From Chiloscyllium plagiosum (taxonomy: Eukaryota): a stretch of DNA of 64,000 nucleotides. The position numbers and the translations under genes are program-made. The stretch lies in NCBI RefSeq assembly GCF_004010195.1, contig NC_057717.1, positions 107,166,585 through 107,230,584 of the forward strand, written 5' to 3'. Position 1 is the first letter of the stretch; the number at the start of each line of letters is the position of its first letter. The notes beneath the pieces were generated by a model that was given only the letters and a program-made list of their open reading frames with translations, did not search any database and had not been told where the DNA came from. Positions 25,226 through 38,180 of the stretch are shown piece by piece.

Positions 25226-26249
25226 GAAAAAGAAAGTTGTGCTGTTTTACAGCAAACAGCAAATTTCTAAAGGTCAAGGGCAAAATCTTTGTCCTCTTGT
25301 TTCAAAAACTGTATTCCTGGAAAAGTTTCCACTTCAAAACTTCATATGCTATTCCTGCCTCAAAAACAGAGTCAGAGCTTTGACAGATAATTGACAATAA
25401 TTACAATCAGCAGTGAGATAAGTCAGATCCAGCACCTTTTTTTTTTAACAGGGCTTCTCTTTGTATGTTTCTCTCTCTCTCCTTCTAAGCCCCCCAAATA
25501 ATTCTACTTCATAAAAACCATCTGCTGCTCTACCACCCACTTAATCATGAAATAATAAATACTGTTGAGTTCATTGATGCCAGTAATGTACAAAATATGA
25601 TGAAAAATTTGAAAAAAAGCTTCCTGCTTCCATCATACTTAGTATAAACATTTGTGTTTTCCACTTGAACTGTCTCCCTGGCCAGTGAGAGACAGTCTGA
25701 CATGAAAATTACGCAGAAATGTTTTTCAGCTATGCAGAATTAAGAGGACATTTGCTGGAATCATCCCAGCTCTGTGGGGTGGGAATTGAAGAGGGATGGG
25801 GAAGTATTTGAGACTCCAAAGGGAAAATCAAGTTAAAAAACCAGTAATACTTGGAAATGAATGCAGCCGGCTTGCTCTATTTTTGATGATTTTTGACATA
25901 AATCTGATCATTTGTGTCATTCACAAGTTTTACTGGCTTTTAAGACATCTGATTGTTGTTAGGTAGCCAATCTGCATATTTAAGTACTCATTTGTGGGCT
26001 GTTTGGGGTCACTGCCAGGATCTTGGTAAGCCTTGATGTCCCATGCCCCGCCAACCCAAAATCCTCTGAGGAGGAAACCTCAGCAGGTGCCTGCAGGCAG
26101 CTTGCCAGTGACTGACCTGGATGGCGTCCAGAGAACTCCCCTGTAATCACCCCTTCCCACGATGGTTACAATCATCAGCAGGTCACAGCTGTGCTGGCTA
26201 ACGCTCCTGAGAAGGGGGTTTCTCTTTCTTATGGGTAGCCCTACGTTAT

Positions 26250-26700
26250 AGCAAATAGGAGCAGGTGTTGGCCATTTGGGTCTTCAAACCTGCTGCACCA
26301 TTCAGTTTGATCCTGGTGATCAGCCTACTCAGTATCCTTCTCCCACTTTCCTACCAAACCTTTTGATCCCTTTAACACCAAGAACTATATCTAACTCCTT
26401 CTTGAAAATATTCAATGTTTTGTTCTCATCCACTTTCTGTAGCAGAGAATTCCACAGGCTCATCACTCAATGGGTGAAGACATTTCTTCCCATCTCTGTA
26501 CTAAATTGTTTACCCCATATCAATGATCACGGTTCTGGACTCTCCAATTATCCTTATCCCTGTCCAGACTGGTTAGAATTTTATAGGCTTCTATGAGATC
26601 TTCCTTCATTCTCCTAAACTTCAATGAATATTGTCCTGATCCATCCAGTCTGTTCATACATCAGTCCTGATATCCCAGGAATCAGTCCGGCAAACATTTG
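26250..26700 (-). mobile_element. CR1 3' fragment
   Basis: Reverse complement of the CR1 3' region (…aattccacaggctcatcactc…). Confidence 0.65.
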
Positions 26701-26805
26701 TGGCCACTGCTTGTTATATTAAAGTTCAAACCTCTTCAGAGGGTGTCTCCTCTGACAATGGCAATGCTCACCTCAGTTATTCCAAGATTTCAGGACCCCA
26801 TATTA

Positions 26806-27112
26806 GGATGGCACAGTGGTTAGCACTGCTGCCTCACAGTGCCAGAGACCCGGGTTCAATTCCTACCTCAGGCAACTGACTGTGTGGAGTTTGCACGTTC
26901 TCCCCGTGTCTGCGTGGGTTTCCTCCGGGTGCTCTGGTTTCCTCCCACAGTCACAAAGATGTGCAGGGCCAGGTGAATTGGCCACGCTAAATTGCCCGTA
27001 GTGTTAGGTAAGGGGTAAATGTAGGGGTATGGGTGGGTTTCGCTTCGGCATGTCGGTGTGGACTTGTTGGGCCGAAGGGCCTGTTTCCACACTGTAATGT
27101 AATCTAATCTAA
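26806..27112 (+). mobile_element. HE1-like tRNA-derived SINE
   Basis: A-box tggcacagtggttagc, B-box ggttcaattcc, CR1-like 3' end gggccgaagggcctgtttcc, and (aatct)n tail. Confidence 0.9.
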
Positions 27113-29224
27113 AAATATTGGGCCTGCAGCTTTAGGGGCTTATTCACCATCCTTGATGGTACGCCAAGAGGTAGCCTCTTATTTGGCTATCTCCAGAAAG
27201 ATCTTGCAGGCAGGCAGACTAACAGTCTAAGCAAGGTCCAGTCCCAGAATTGGTTCCCAACTCATGCTCAAAATGAAAAGAATATTCTGCCCAGTAGATT
27301 TTCCACAATGGGGAGCAGTCCAAGGTCAAGGCTTCCTTCTGATCTCTATGGTCACGTTCCAGAGGACAACATTAACCACTTATACTGCCTTTGATGCTTC
27401 ATTCCTGGAACAGGGCAACCATATCCTAATCAGGATCAGAATCTGTAGGAGAGTGGAGGGATGTTACAGAAGAGTGATGTAGCTTCAGAGAGCTTTCTTA
27501 CAAGGGCTGAGAAAGATGTGTCAAGGATAGGAACTGATATCAGGGGAGGGAATATGACGTGGGAGGGTAGAATAATCAGTGTGGGAAAGGTGAAATTTCA
27601 AATATTTCTTGAAAACTTGGCTTTATTTAAGTCTCTGGTTAAATTGTCAAATTCAAATGGAAATTCCGCTTTTGTTGTATTGTGACCCACAGGTTACATG
27701 CACACACTCAGGATCTTAAGCCCATTCTCACAGGTCATTAAAAGATTTGAACAAGCTGCTCAATTCATTCTTTTTTACAGATTTTCTACAGATGAGAAGC
27801 AGACTATCTGGCACATCATGTCTGCACTGGCTCTCTGAATGAGCTTCATGATTACTTTTGAGTCAGTCATAGGACATTGGCATCTTGGCTGCCATTGAGA
27901 AGATTGGGGTGAGCTGCCTTCTTGAACCATTGCAGTCCATGTGCCGTGAGTTGGCCCACAATGCCCTTAGGGACAGAGTTCCAGGCTTTTCACCCAGTGA
28001 CACTAAAGGAACAGCAAACTATTTCCAAATCAGAATGTTGAGCGGGTTGGAGGGGAACTTGTAGGTGGTGCAGTTTCCATGCATCTGCTGCCCGTGGCCT
28101 TAATGTTATTTTCTTACCCTTTACCCATAATCTTGCACATTGTTTCTATATTAATCATCTAAAATGCCCTTGTGAAATCCTCAATATTATTTTCCAAATT
28201 TCAACCTGTAATTTATTACAGGTACACTTTCTTTTAGTTGCACGTTACCAAATTAGATGACACTTTTGTCTGTAAAGGCCAGATTTGAAACAACTGAAGG
28301 CCAGGGTGGGGACCAATGGTACAGATAAAGGACACAATTTCAGTGTGAGCTCTGGCTTGGTAGGTTGGTTTATTTTTCAAGAATCTCCCGTCTGAGAAAA
28401 TGGGCTTGAGTCCCATTGCAAAGATTTGAGTGCATAATCTAGACTGGTGCTCTGTTGTTACACTGACTGGGCGCTGGATTGTCAGATTGCCAGACCAGGA
28501 AAAGGCCACACTAATGGTGGCTCTGTTTTCAGTTGCCAAGGTCCTAAGTTCTAAAATTCTCTCCCTGCCACAATATGCTTTTTACCTTTAATACACTCCT
28601 TAAAACTAACTCTTTGACTAAACTCTTGGTTATATAGTCTAATCTTTCAGCGAAATGTTGGTGTTATACTTTTGTTTGATGATGTTCCTGTGAAGCAGGA
28701 TGCTGGGATATCGACAGAGTGAGACTACCAAGTGACCTTTGTGTGGCTTTACCTGCTGAGCACAGGCCAAAGGTCTTACATCATGCTTGAAGGTGCAATA
28801 TGTAAGCCACAGAATTAACCAATTAGTAACTTGTTGCAAGAATTCAAAATGCTCCTGCTAATGTTGAGGTAATTGTACCTTCCATCAGATCATTGAAAAA
28901 GAGATATGGGCCAGCATCTGAAACATTAACTCAATTTCCCTCTACAAATACTGTTTGACCTGCTGAGAATTTCCTGCAATTTTCTGTTTTTATTTCAGAT
29001 TTCCAGTTTTTTGCTTTAGCCTTTCTCTCACAATTTGGAGTGAAAAATTGTTGCAACATCAGTGTTCTACCTATGGGTGGCACTACAATGTATTTTTGAA
29101 ACTCGAGAAACACAGGTCTGTGTATACAGTATTACAATAATGCTTGGCTCTAAACAAGTTTGTCAGGATATCCTTAGGCCAAAGTACAACAAAAACACAA
29201 TAGATCTTGTTATGTTCTGATATC

Positions 29225-30165
29225 AGAAGTCTTGCCTCCTAGTTGGGAGGCTGTGCGTTCAATTCTGACTCAAACCCACATTGCATTGTGGAAGGGTCAC
29301 TACTAAGGAAATACTGCACTGCTGTCCCTCAGTGCAATACAGCTGAGGAAGTACTGCATTGCACTGAGGGACACCACTAGGAAATGCTGCGCTGCAAGAG
29401 GGCCAGCACTGAGGAAATGCTGCACTGCAGGAGGGACTGCAATGAGAAAGTGCTGCATTTTCAAGAGGACAGCAGTGAGGCAGTTTTTAAGTAGCTGTAC
29501 TAAGGAGGGCTGCATTGTCAGGGGGAGCACTATTGAAACAGGGTTGCGCTGTTAGATATGCCATCTTTGATTAAGATTTTAGATTAGATTAGATTACAGT
29601 GTGGAAACAGGCCCTTCGGCCCAACAAGTCCACACCGACCAGCCGAAGCGAAACCCACCCATACCCCTACATTTACCCCTTACCTAACACTACAGGCAAT
29701 TTAGTATGGCCAATTCACCTGAACCTGCACATCTTTGGATGGTGGGAGGAAACTGGAGCACCCGGAGGAAACCCACGCATACACGGGGAGAACGTGCAAA
29801 CTCCACACAGTCAGTCGCCTGAGGCGGGAATTGAACCCAGGTCTCTGGCGCTGTGAGGCAGCAGTGCTAACCACTGTGCCACCGTGCCGCCCACAGATGT
29901 TAAACTCAGTCTGAAATGAAGCCCAGTGTAGTCTCTTGAGTGAAAAGAATCCTCCTGCAGTATTCTGAGCAATATTCATACTTCAATGATATCACTAAAA
30001 CAGACTTCCTGGCCATTACCATAATTCTGCTTGTGGGAGCTTTCTATGAACAAATTTACTGTTGTAGTTGCTACATTATAATAGTAGGTGAACTTCAAAA
30101 GTATTTCACTGGTTGTAAAATGCCTTGAGACATTATGAAGTTGTGAAAGGTGCTATACAAGTTTA
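29225..30165 (+). mobile_element. DeuSINE-like (SacSINE1-type) old SINE, split by an HE1 insertion
   Basis: 3' half …ttgtgggagctt…cttcaaaagtatttcactggttgtaaaatgccttgagaca…gtgaaaggtgctata; 5' part with repeated actgaggaaatgctgcactg motif. A second fragment lies at ~49690-49835. Confidence 0.55.
29580..29892 (-). mobile_element. HE1-like tRNA-derived SINE
   Basis: Reverse complement of 26806-27112 with (agatt)n tail at the left. Confidence 0.9.
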
Positions 30166-31164
30166 AATCATTCTTATTTGAAGTGATGGAAGCTTCGTCT
30201 CTGACTTGACGTTGCCTTATGGTTTTTTTATTGATCTTTCCAACTGTGCAATTTTTGTCAGTTCACAAACTTGAAACCCAAAGGAATATCCTTATATACG
30301 GACAACACTCATGGTGTTTATCTGTAAGTTTAAAGTTGGGCAGAATCACAGGAGGCCTCAAATACAAAGCTTTTGGTTGCTGACTGTTCTGGCCTTGCGG
30401 ATAGATGCATTAGTCGATACATTAACAAAATGCTCAAACATTTTGAAATACTCAGGCATAATAAAAAAATTCCAGCAGTCCAAATTTTTGATTTGTTTTG
30501 TATTTATGAAATATTTTCACACAATTAACTCTTGAACTACAGGCATACTGTCCATTTTAGCTGGAGACACATGCGATTCATAGTAAAAAGCCCTTTAAAA
30601 AGCAATAGCTATATCATTTTCTGGTTCTGATGTCAGAACAAACCTGTAATTTTTATCCCATGACATCATGCATTCACTGTGTTTAATTGTACCTTATTTA
30701 ACATTCTAAGCACACTCTCTTTCTGCTGTACTCCCACATGTGGCCTTGGAAGTACAAATCTTGAGCCTACACAGATTAACAGGCTTCACAGCAGAGTTTA
30801 ATTTGCTGTCAATCAATGTTCACTAGCAGCCCTACTGAAGGGGTCACTGGATATTGATTAGGAGCAAGAACTCTGACCGACTATTCCATCTCCATTTGAT
30901 CTGAATCTGCACTCTTTGCATAATTAGTCCGTCTCAAACTATTAAAACAGGCTCCCTTGTGAATGTCAACTCTCAACCCAAACTGGCCATCTGGTAATTA
31001 CAATTGACGGTATGGGGTCTCCATTGGCAGTAAGTGGCTCTCTGTTCTGACGAAGCTAAAGATGAGGACAACGTGGCACTTGAAAAAGCAATACATTCAT
31101 TTAGTCTTCTTTCCATCCTTACCCTGCCTCCAATTCTTTCTCTCTCTATGCCTCTCTTTTTATT

Positions 31165-32068
31165 TATTAATTTATGGGAAATGGCTTCACTTGCTGGACA
31201 ATCATTTATTTTCTATTCCTAATTGCCCTTAAGAAGATGGTCGTGAGCTGCCTTCTTAAACTGTGTCTGTCCATTTGGAATATGGACATACCTAGGGCTG
31301 TAGAGATGGATTTCCAGGAATTTGACCCAGCAACAGTGAGGGAACAGTGATACAGGTGCAAGTCAGGATGGTGATAACTCAGAGAGGAGCTTGCAGATGG
31401 TGGTGTTCTCATCTATCTGTTGCAAATCTAGTTCAGTTTATGGTCAATAGTAACTCTGACATTGTTGATAGTGGGGGATTCAGTGATAGTGATGCCACTG
31501 AATGTCAAGGGATAATGATTACCCTTGTTGGAGATAGTCATTTCCTGACACTTATGCAGCACAAATGCCATTTGCCATTGAAAGGCCAAGCCTGGACTGC
31601 TTCAGAATCTGAGGAGTTATGAAAAGTGCTGAACATTTGCGCAATCATTAGTGAATATCGCCACTCTAAACTTATGATGCAGGGAAGGTCTTTGATGAAG
31701 CAGCTGATGCTGATTGGGCCTAGGACAATCCCTGAGGAATTCTTGCAAAGATGTCCTGGATGCAAGATGATTGACCTTTCACAATCACAACCATCTTCCT
31801 TTGTACTAGGTATGACTCCAACGAACAGAGAGTTTGCCCCCAATACTCATTGATTCGAGTCTTGTTCGGGTTCTTTGATGCCACACTCAGTTAAATGCAG
31901 CCTTGATGCCAAGGACTGTCACTCTCAGCTCACCTCTGAAATTCAGCTCTTCTGTCCATATTTGAACCAAGTCTGTAATGAGGTCAGGAGATGAGCAGCC
32001 CTGGCAGAACCCAAACTGGCAGATTATTTCTGAATAGGTGCTACTTGATAGCACTGTTGATGACTCCA
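31165..32068 (-). mobile_element. CR1-group LINE (family B) RT/3' fragment
   Basis: Minus-strand QFGFCQG…GELRVTVLGIKAAFN and family-B tail. Confidence 0.7.
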
Positions 32069-32069
32069 T

Positions 32070-32950
32070 TAGATCATAAATCATAGGATCAGAAATTAGG
32101 CCACTCAGCCCATCAAGTCTGCTCTGCCATTCAATCATGGCTGATAAATTTCACATTCTCCCGCTTTTTCTCCATAACCCTTAATGCCCTTGATACTCAA
32201 GGATCTATCTAAATCTTAAATATATTTAATGATCTTGCCTCCACAGACTTCTTTGGCAATGAATTTCATAGATTCACCACTCTCTGGCTGAAAAAGTTTC
32301 TCCTTATCTCTGTTCTAAATGGTTTTCCCTTCACTCTAAGACTATGCCCTTAGGTCCTAGTCTCTCCTACCCATGGAAATGTCTTCCCAATATCTACTCT
32401 GTCCCCAGGCCATTCAGTATTCTGTAGGTTTCAATTAGATCCCCCTCACCCTTCTAAACTCCTTCGAGTATAAACCCAGAGCCATCAAATGTTCCTCAAA
32501 TGCTAAGCTTTTAATTCCTGGGACAATTCTTGTAAACCTCTCTGAACACACTCCAGGGCCAGTACATCCCTCCTGAGATGTGGGGCCCAAAACTGCTCAC
32601 AATATTCCAACTGTAGTCTCACTAGAGCCTTAACGAGCCTCAGGAGTACATCCCTGCTTTCATATTCAAGTCTTCTCAAAATAAATGCCATCACTGCATT
32701 TAACTTCCTAACCACTGACTCAACCTGCAAGTGTACTTGAAAGAATCCTGGACTAGAACTAGCAAGTCTCTTTGCACTTCAGACTTCTGAATTTTTTGCC
32801 CATCTATTTTTTCTCTATTTTTTTCTACTAAAAAGCATGCTCTCACACTTTCTCACATTGTATTCCATCTGCCACTTCTTTGCCCACTCCCCTAACCTGT
32901 CCAAATCCTTCTGCAGCCTCCCTACCTCCTCAATGCTACCTGTCCCTCTT
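32070..32950 (-). mobile_element. CR1 LINE 3' portion
   Basis: LVKALVRLQLEYCEQFWAPHLRRD motif and tail. Confidence 0.85.
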
Positions 32951-34699
32951 TGTATTGTCTTCTGAGTTTATAGCATTTGGTACAACTGAGTAAAAACAAA
33001 ATACTGTGGATGCTGAAAATCTGGGAGTCAAAATGTTAACTCTATCTCTCTCTCCAACCTGCAAAGTTTCTCCAGCATTCTCTGTGATTCAACCAAGTCA
33101 ACCATTGTTGTGGGTCTGGAATCACATGTACACCGGATAAGGTTGGCAGGTTTCCTTTGATTAAGGGCACTTGTGAACCAGACAAGCTCTTACAACAATG
33201 GCTTTTCAGTCGTCATTTGAATTGTATTCAAATTTTAATTTCTGCCACAGTGGGCTTCAAACACAGATCCCAAGCCATCACCTGGGTTTCTGGAGGGACC
33301 CACTGCATCATTCTGCCTCTGATGATTGTGTCCTCCCAATATTCCATAATATGTCAAGTGATGAGATATTTCATTATGAAATTTGCAATAGGTCTTCTTG
33401 ACCAAAGACCAAGCTAAAATGGCTAATAACCATAAATTACCCCTGAAAATGTTCAACTTGCCAAGCTTCAAGCCAAAGTTGATGTTTCATTTTTGTATCA
33501 AATCAGAAATCAGAGCTAAATAAGAAGCATTAATGTTATTTGGGCAAATAGCATATGGAGAGAGATGAACACTTAAAGTAAAACCATCAGTCTGTACAAT
33601 ACTGTGGGCATTATTGGCCTGAAACAATTCAGTACCGGCCTGGGAATATTCAGCACTAGCAATTATCATTGTGTTAAAGTCAAGAGAACCATTCCATTAC
33701 AATCACCAACAGGCAATCTATTAACTTACATTTTTCATTCAAAGGGAATGAGGAAGCACACTTAACGTAGCTCAGACACACAGTATCAATGTGAACTTAA
33801 TAGGAGAAGATCAGAGCTCAGAATTCAGCTCTCCAGAAAATTAGCATGTCTCAATGAGAACTGTCAAACCTCTCTTATCACTATTAAGATATAGAAATAT
33901 AGATAAATGCTCCGATCCTGAGCAGAGTATTAGTGGATAGATCACTGAATCCAACTGAATGTTTGAGAACAGCAAACAGGGCTTTAAATGTTGGAATTTG
34001 ATCCTGAAGTAACAGCAGGAGCTCATGGTTTGGTTGCTATTTATTTTCTAATGAGTGTGTCACTGTTCTACTGCAGTTTACATCTGGTATAGGGGAGCAA
34101 TCTGCTGATTAATGCAATAGTCTGCTCTCTCACTATACCCTGCTCTCTGAGAACGGTATGAACAGCACTGCTTGAAAAGGTCAATATTTTCAGGTGTGGT
34201 ATTATCAGTGCATGTCCTGAATGGTTCAGATTGTCAGTGTTACACTTCACAGCTCAGGTTGCTCAGGGTTATTTTATCTGCTTCTACTGTATCCATGTTG
34301 CATCTCATCATCTTTGAATCATCAAAATAATTATAGAATGAACTGTAAACAGAATTCGAGTTTCCCACTAATTCCGAACTCCACTCGTCAATCATTTCAG
34401 TCCTTTCACAGATTTCCAACCGACAGTTCCTTCCACACTCACTACATATCCTTCCACTTGCTCACATGTTACAGAATGTTGGCAGTCAAAACTCCATCTG
34501 AGCAGTACAAAATCTAAGAGAACAAACTTTGCATTATACAGAATATGAGGGTCAAACCCTTTCCTACTGTATAGAATTCAAGAGGCAAACTACTTTACAC
34601 CATAAAATCCAGCAGTCAAATTTCCATGCTGCACAAAATCCAATTGGATTAAACCAATCCCGACATTAATAGAATTCCTTATCCATGCAGAATCTTTGA

Positions 34700-36177
34700 A
34701 CTTTGGATTGTCTGATGATTTGTCCTCGGCTGCTTTGGGAAAGGAGAAATGCAATTGCTTCGCCACTTGTGAAGGTCTTTGCATCCTCGCTCTCCACTGG
34801 AGTCGTACCTGAGGACCAGAGAGAGGCAAATGTAATTCCTCTCTTCAAGAAAGGAAATAGGGAAATCCCCGGCAATTCCAGACCAGTAAGTCTCACGTCT
34901 GTCGTCTGCAAGGTGTTAGAAAGGATTCTGAGGAATAGGATTTATGACCATCTAGAAGAGCATGGCTTGATTAAATGCAGTCAACACGGCTTTGTGAGGG
35001 GCAGGTCATGCCTCACAAATCTTATTGAGTTCTTTGAGGATGTGACTAGAAAATTTGATGAGGGTCGAGCTGTGGATGTGCTGTATATGGACTTCAGCAA
35101 GGCATTTGATAAGGTTCCCCATGGTAGGCTCATTCCTGAAGAAGGGCTAATGCCCGAAACGTCGATTCTCCTGTTCCCTAGATGCTGCCTGACCTGCTGC
35201 GCTTTTCCAGCAACACATTTCCATCTCTGATCTCCAGCATCTGCAGACCTCACTTTCTCCTCATTCAGAAGGTCAGGAGGAATGGGATACAGGGGAACTT
35301 AGCTGTCTGGATACAGAATTGGCTGGCCAACAGAAGACAGCGAGTGGCAGTAGAAGGAAAATATTCTGCCTGGAAGTCTGTGGTGAGTGGTGTTCCACAG
35401 GGCTCTGTCCTTGGGCCTCGATTGTTTGTAATTTTTATTAATGACTTGGATGAGGGGGGGCTCATGCCCGAAACATTGATTCTCCTGCTCCTTGGATGCT
35501 GCCTGACCTGCTGCGCTTTTCCAGCAACACATTTTCAATCCAAGTGGACAGCGTTGTTAAGAAAGGATATTGTGTTTTGGCTTTCATTAACAGGGGGATT
35601 GAGTTTAAGAGTCGTGAGATCTTGTTGCAGCTCTATAAAACTTTGGTTAGACCGCTCTTGGGATACTGTGTCCAGTTCTGGTCGCCCTATTATAGGAAAG
35701 ATGTGGATGCTTTGGAGAGGGTTCAGAGGAGGTTTACCAGGATGCTGCCTGGACTGGAGGGCTTATCTTATGAAGAGAAGTTGACTGAGCTTGGACTTTT
35801 TTCATTGGAGAAAAGGAGGAGGAGAGGGGACCTAATTGAGGTGTACAAGACAATAAGAGGCATAGATAGAGTCGATAGCCAGAGACTATTTCCCAGGGCA
35901 GAAGTGACTAACACGAGGGGTCATAGGTTTAAGCTGGTTGGAGGAAAGTATAGAGGGGATGTCAGAGGCGGGATCTTTACACAGAGAGTTGTGAGAGCAT
36001 GGAATGCGTTGCCAGCAGCAATTGTGGAAGCAAGGTCATTGGGGACATTTAAGAGACTACTGGACATGCATATGGTCACAGAAATTTGAGGGTGCATCCA
36101 TGAGGATCAGTGGTCGGCACAACATTGTGGGCTGAAGGGCCTGTTCTGTGCTGTACTGTTCTATGTTCTATGTTCTA
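34700..36177 (+). mobile_element. Relatively young 5'-truncated CR1 LINE with two family-1 insertions
   Basis: RT motifs [56 protein letters not shown] and [10 protein letters not shown]; (gttctat)n tail. Confidence 0.92.
35136..35260 (+). mobile_element. Hammerhead-bearing PLE-derived element (family 1), intact core
   Basis: CTGAAGA-a-GGGC taat GCCC-GAAACGTC at 35136-35163. TSD ctcattc at 35129-35135 and 35260-35266; removing the insert restores CR1 GRLIQKVR. Confidence 0.88.
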
Positions 36178-36265
36178 AATCTGATTCTGACAGAAAGGAT
36201 GAAGAATTTCCCTCTCTATAATAGGGTCAGCCCAGCCAAAAAAGGAAATTGGTCTTTGGACTTTT

Positions 36266-36384
36266 CCACAGACACAGGGAGAATGTGCAAACTCCACATA
36301 GACAGTCGCCCGAGGCTGCAGTCGAACGCAGGTTCCTGGCGCTGTGAGACAGCAGTGCTAACCAGTGAGCCACCATATCGCCCT
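36266..36384 (-). mobile_element. HE1-like SINE, 5' (tRNA) part only
   Basis: Matches the head of 29780-29892. Confidence 0.8.
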
Positions 36385-37629
36385 TGGCTTTTCCACACTC
36401 CTTGGCTCACAGCTGAAAGAGACTGATGGCATCATTTTCTTTTTACCTCAGCTGTGAGCCTGTTTGGCCATGTGTTTAGACACCTCAATCCTAGTGCTCA
36501 ATCCTAGTGTTCCCAAAGTTCAACTTTCCATTCTAAGAAACATAAAGAATATGGTGAGGCAAATGGAAACATTGCACTGAAACAGATCATAATATTTGAG
36601 TATGGTAATAGAAAGGAGTATCATTCTGCATCTAACCCATGATCTATGGACCTGGAAAATGATAGGGCAGTCATCTTATGGCCCCTGGAAATTTGAAGTA
36701 ATCACATTTCACTGATGTTGAGTTTATTTACATCTCTCCACATGCAATGAAAATTAAATTGTTGTTTTGGTACATCTATTGCAGTGGAGTGGCGAATTAT
36801 GTAACATCCTGAATGTTGACGTATACGTGAATATAAAATATTATTCCTAACTCTTCTTCAACAACATAACGTTATCATGAATAGAGTTTGAGCTTTCTTA
36901 TTATCTGTGATCAAAGTGTCTTTATGTGCGAGGTTAGTGTATTTTTTTAACCCTCCAAGTGCTTGATTTCAATTTAAATAGTTTCCAAAGGCACACTTCT
37001 TTCGTAAATTGAAATAAAGAAAATTATTTATTATTATACATTTGTCCAAATGTTTAAATATGGCATCTCAGACACATGACCATAAAAATATTTATATTCA
37101 GTTAAAGAATAAAAACAATATGATTACACTTAGTAACTACTTCAGTCTCTTGCATGTCAGGCCTGTAATTTCTTAGATGAATTGATGATTTAGCTGGCAT
37201 GGAGATCTTGAAAAATAAAGAGTTAACAGGAAACTGTGAGATAACTTGAGTTGAAGTGCTACAAGTTTGTCTCTCAGTTGAATTGGAAGTTGCAACGTGC
37301 TGGGGTGGGGAAGGTCGTTCTTTTTCCACTTTCAAGGTTAAACTGTTTTACCTTGGCTACATCATTACCTTGCAGTAGCTTTCAGATGGTATCTATCATG
37401 GTGTTTCTGATCAGAGTAACTCCTGCTCGGAAGTTTAAAAAGGATGGGTAAGAGATAAGGCTGTGATTTGCTGCAAATCCCAAGTCCTTTCCCAACTAAG
37501 GTAATATGTTGGGCCAATTCACATCCTATGCTACAGCTTTTCACACTTTGAGAGTTTTGAAACAACCAGGGTACTTTGTAACCAAATGACCTATTCAACT
37601 AAAATAATGTTTTGGTGGGGAAAGGTACC

Positions 37630-38180
37630 ACCAGCAGTGCCTTTGCAAGATCCTCCAAATCCAGAAGCAAGAAACAAGACCCTTCAGTAACATTCTCTCC
37701 CAAGCCAACTTGCCCAACATTGAGGTGCTAATCACTCAAAACCAGCTCTGCTGGATGGGAGAAGTTGCTCATGTGCCTAACAGCAAACTGAACCAACTGG
37801 TCGACTTGGGACTGGCGTGTAAGGAGATACCCAAATGATCAGAAATGTTTTGAGGCTGTCCTCCAAGTATCCCTGAAGAGGTCAAACATTCCTCCAAAAC
37901 CTTGGGAGATTTTGGCTTGTGACCAACCAAAGGGAGAATGTTCATTTTGAAACCCACTGAAAAATTTAGAGTTTTCATCAGGGATGTGCAAAGGTGAATT
38001 CAAGGCATTGGAGAAGCCCACAAATCACAAAACAACACATCTACCCAAATTTCCAATTACCATTCACCTTGCATGTGGCACGCTCTATAGATCATGCTAT
38101 GCTTATTAGCCATCTCATAACTCATTGAACTGGAATGGAAGCAGATCATCCTCGATCCCGTGGGACTAATACAGAAGATG
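37630..38180 (+). mobile_element. RTE-clade LINE 3' remnant
   Basis: QCLCKILQI…SNILSQANLPNIEVLITQNQLCWMG resembles the RTE C-terminal CLRxIL…QLRWxGHV motif. Confidence 0.65.

Noticed and set aside
26806..26870. tRNA gene
   Set aside because: A/B boxes belong to a multicopy SINE head followed by SINE body and tail; no complete cloverleaf or terminator.
34703..36089. Functional reverse transcriptase gene
   Set aside because: 5'-truncated, interrupted by two insertions and missing the FADD catalytic segment.
37367..37448. Short exon candidates on either strand
   Set aside because: Plausible splice signals exist on both strands, but the segments are too short and have no recognisable homology, so they cannot be told from chance.
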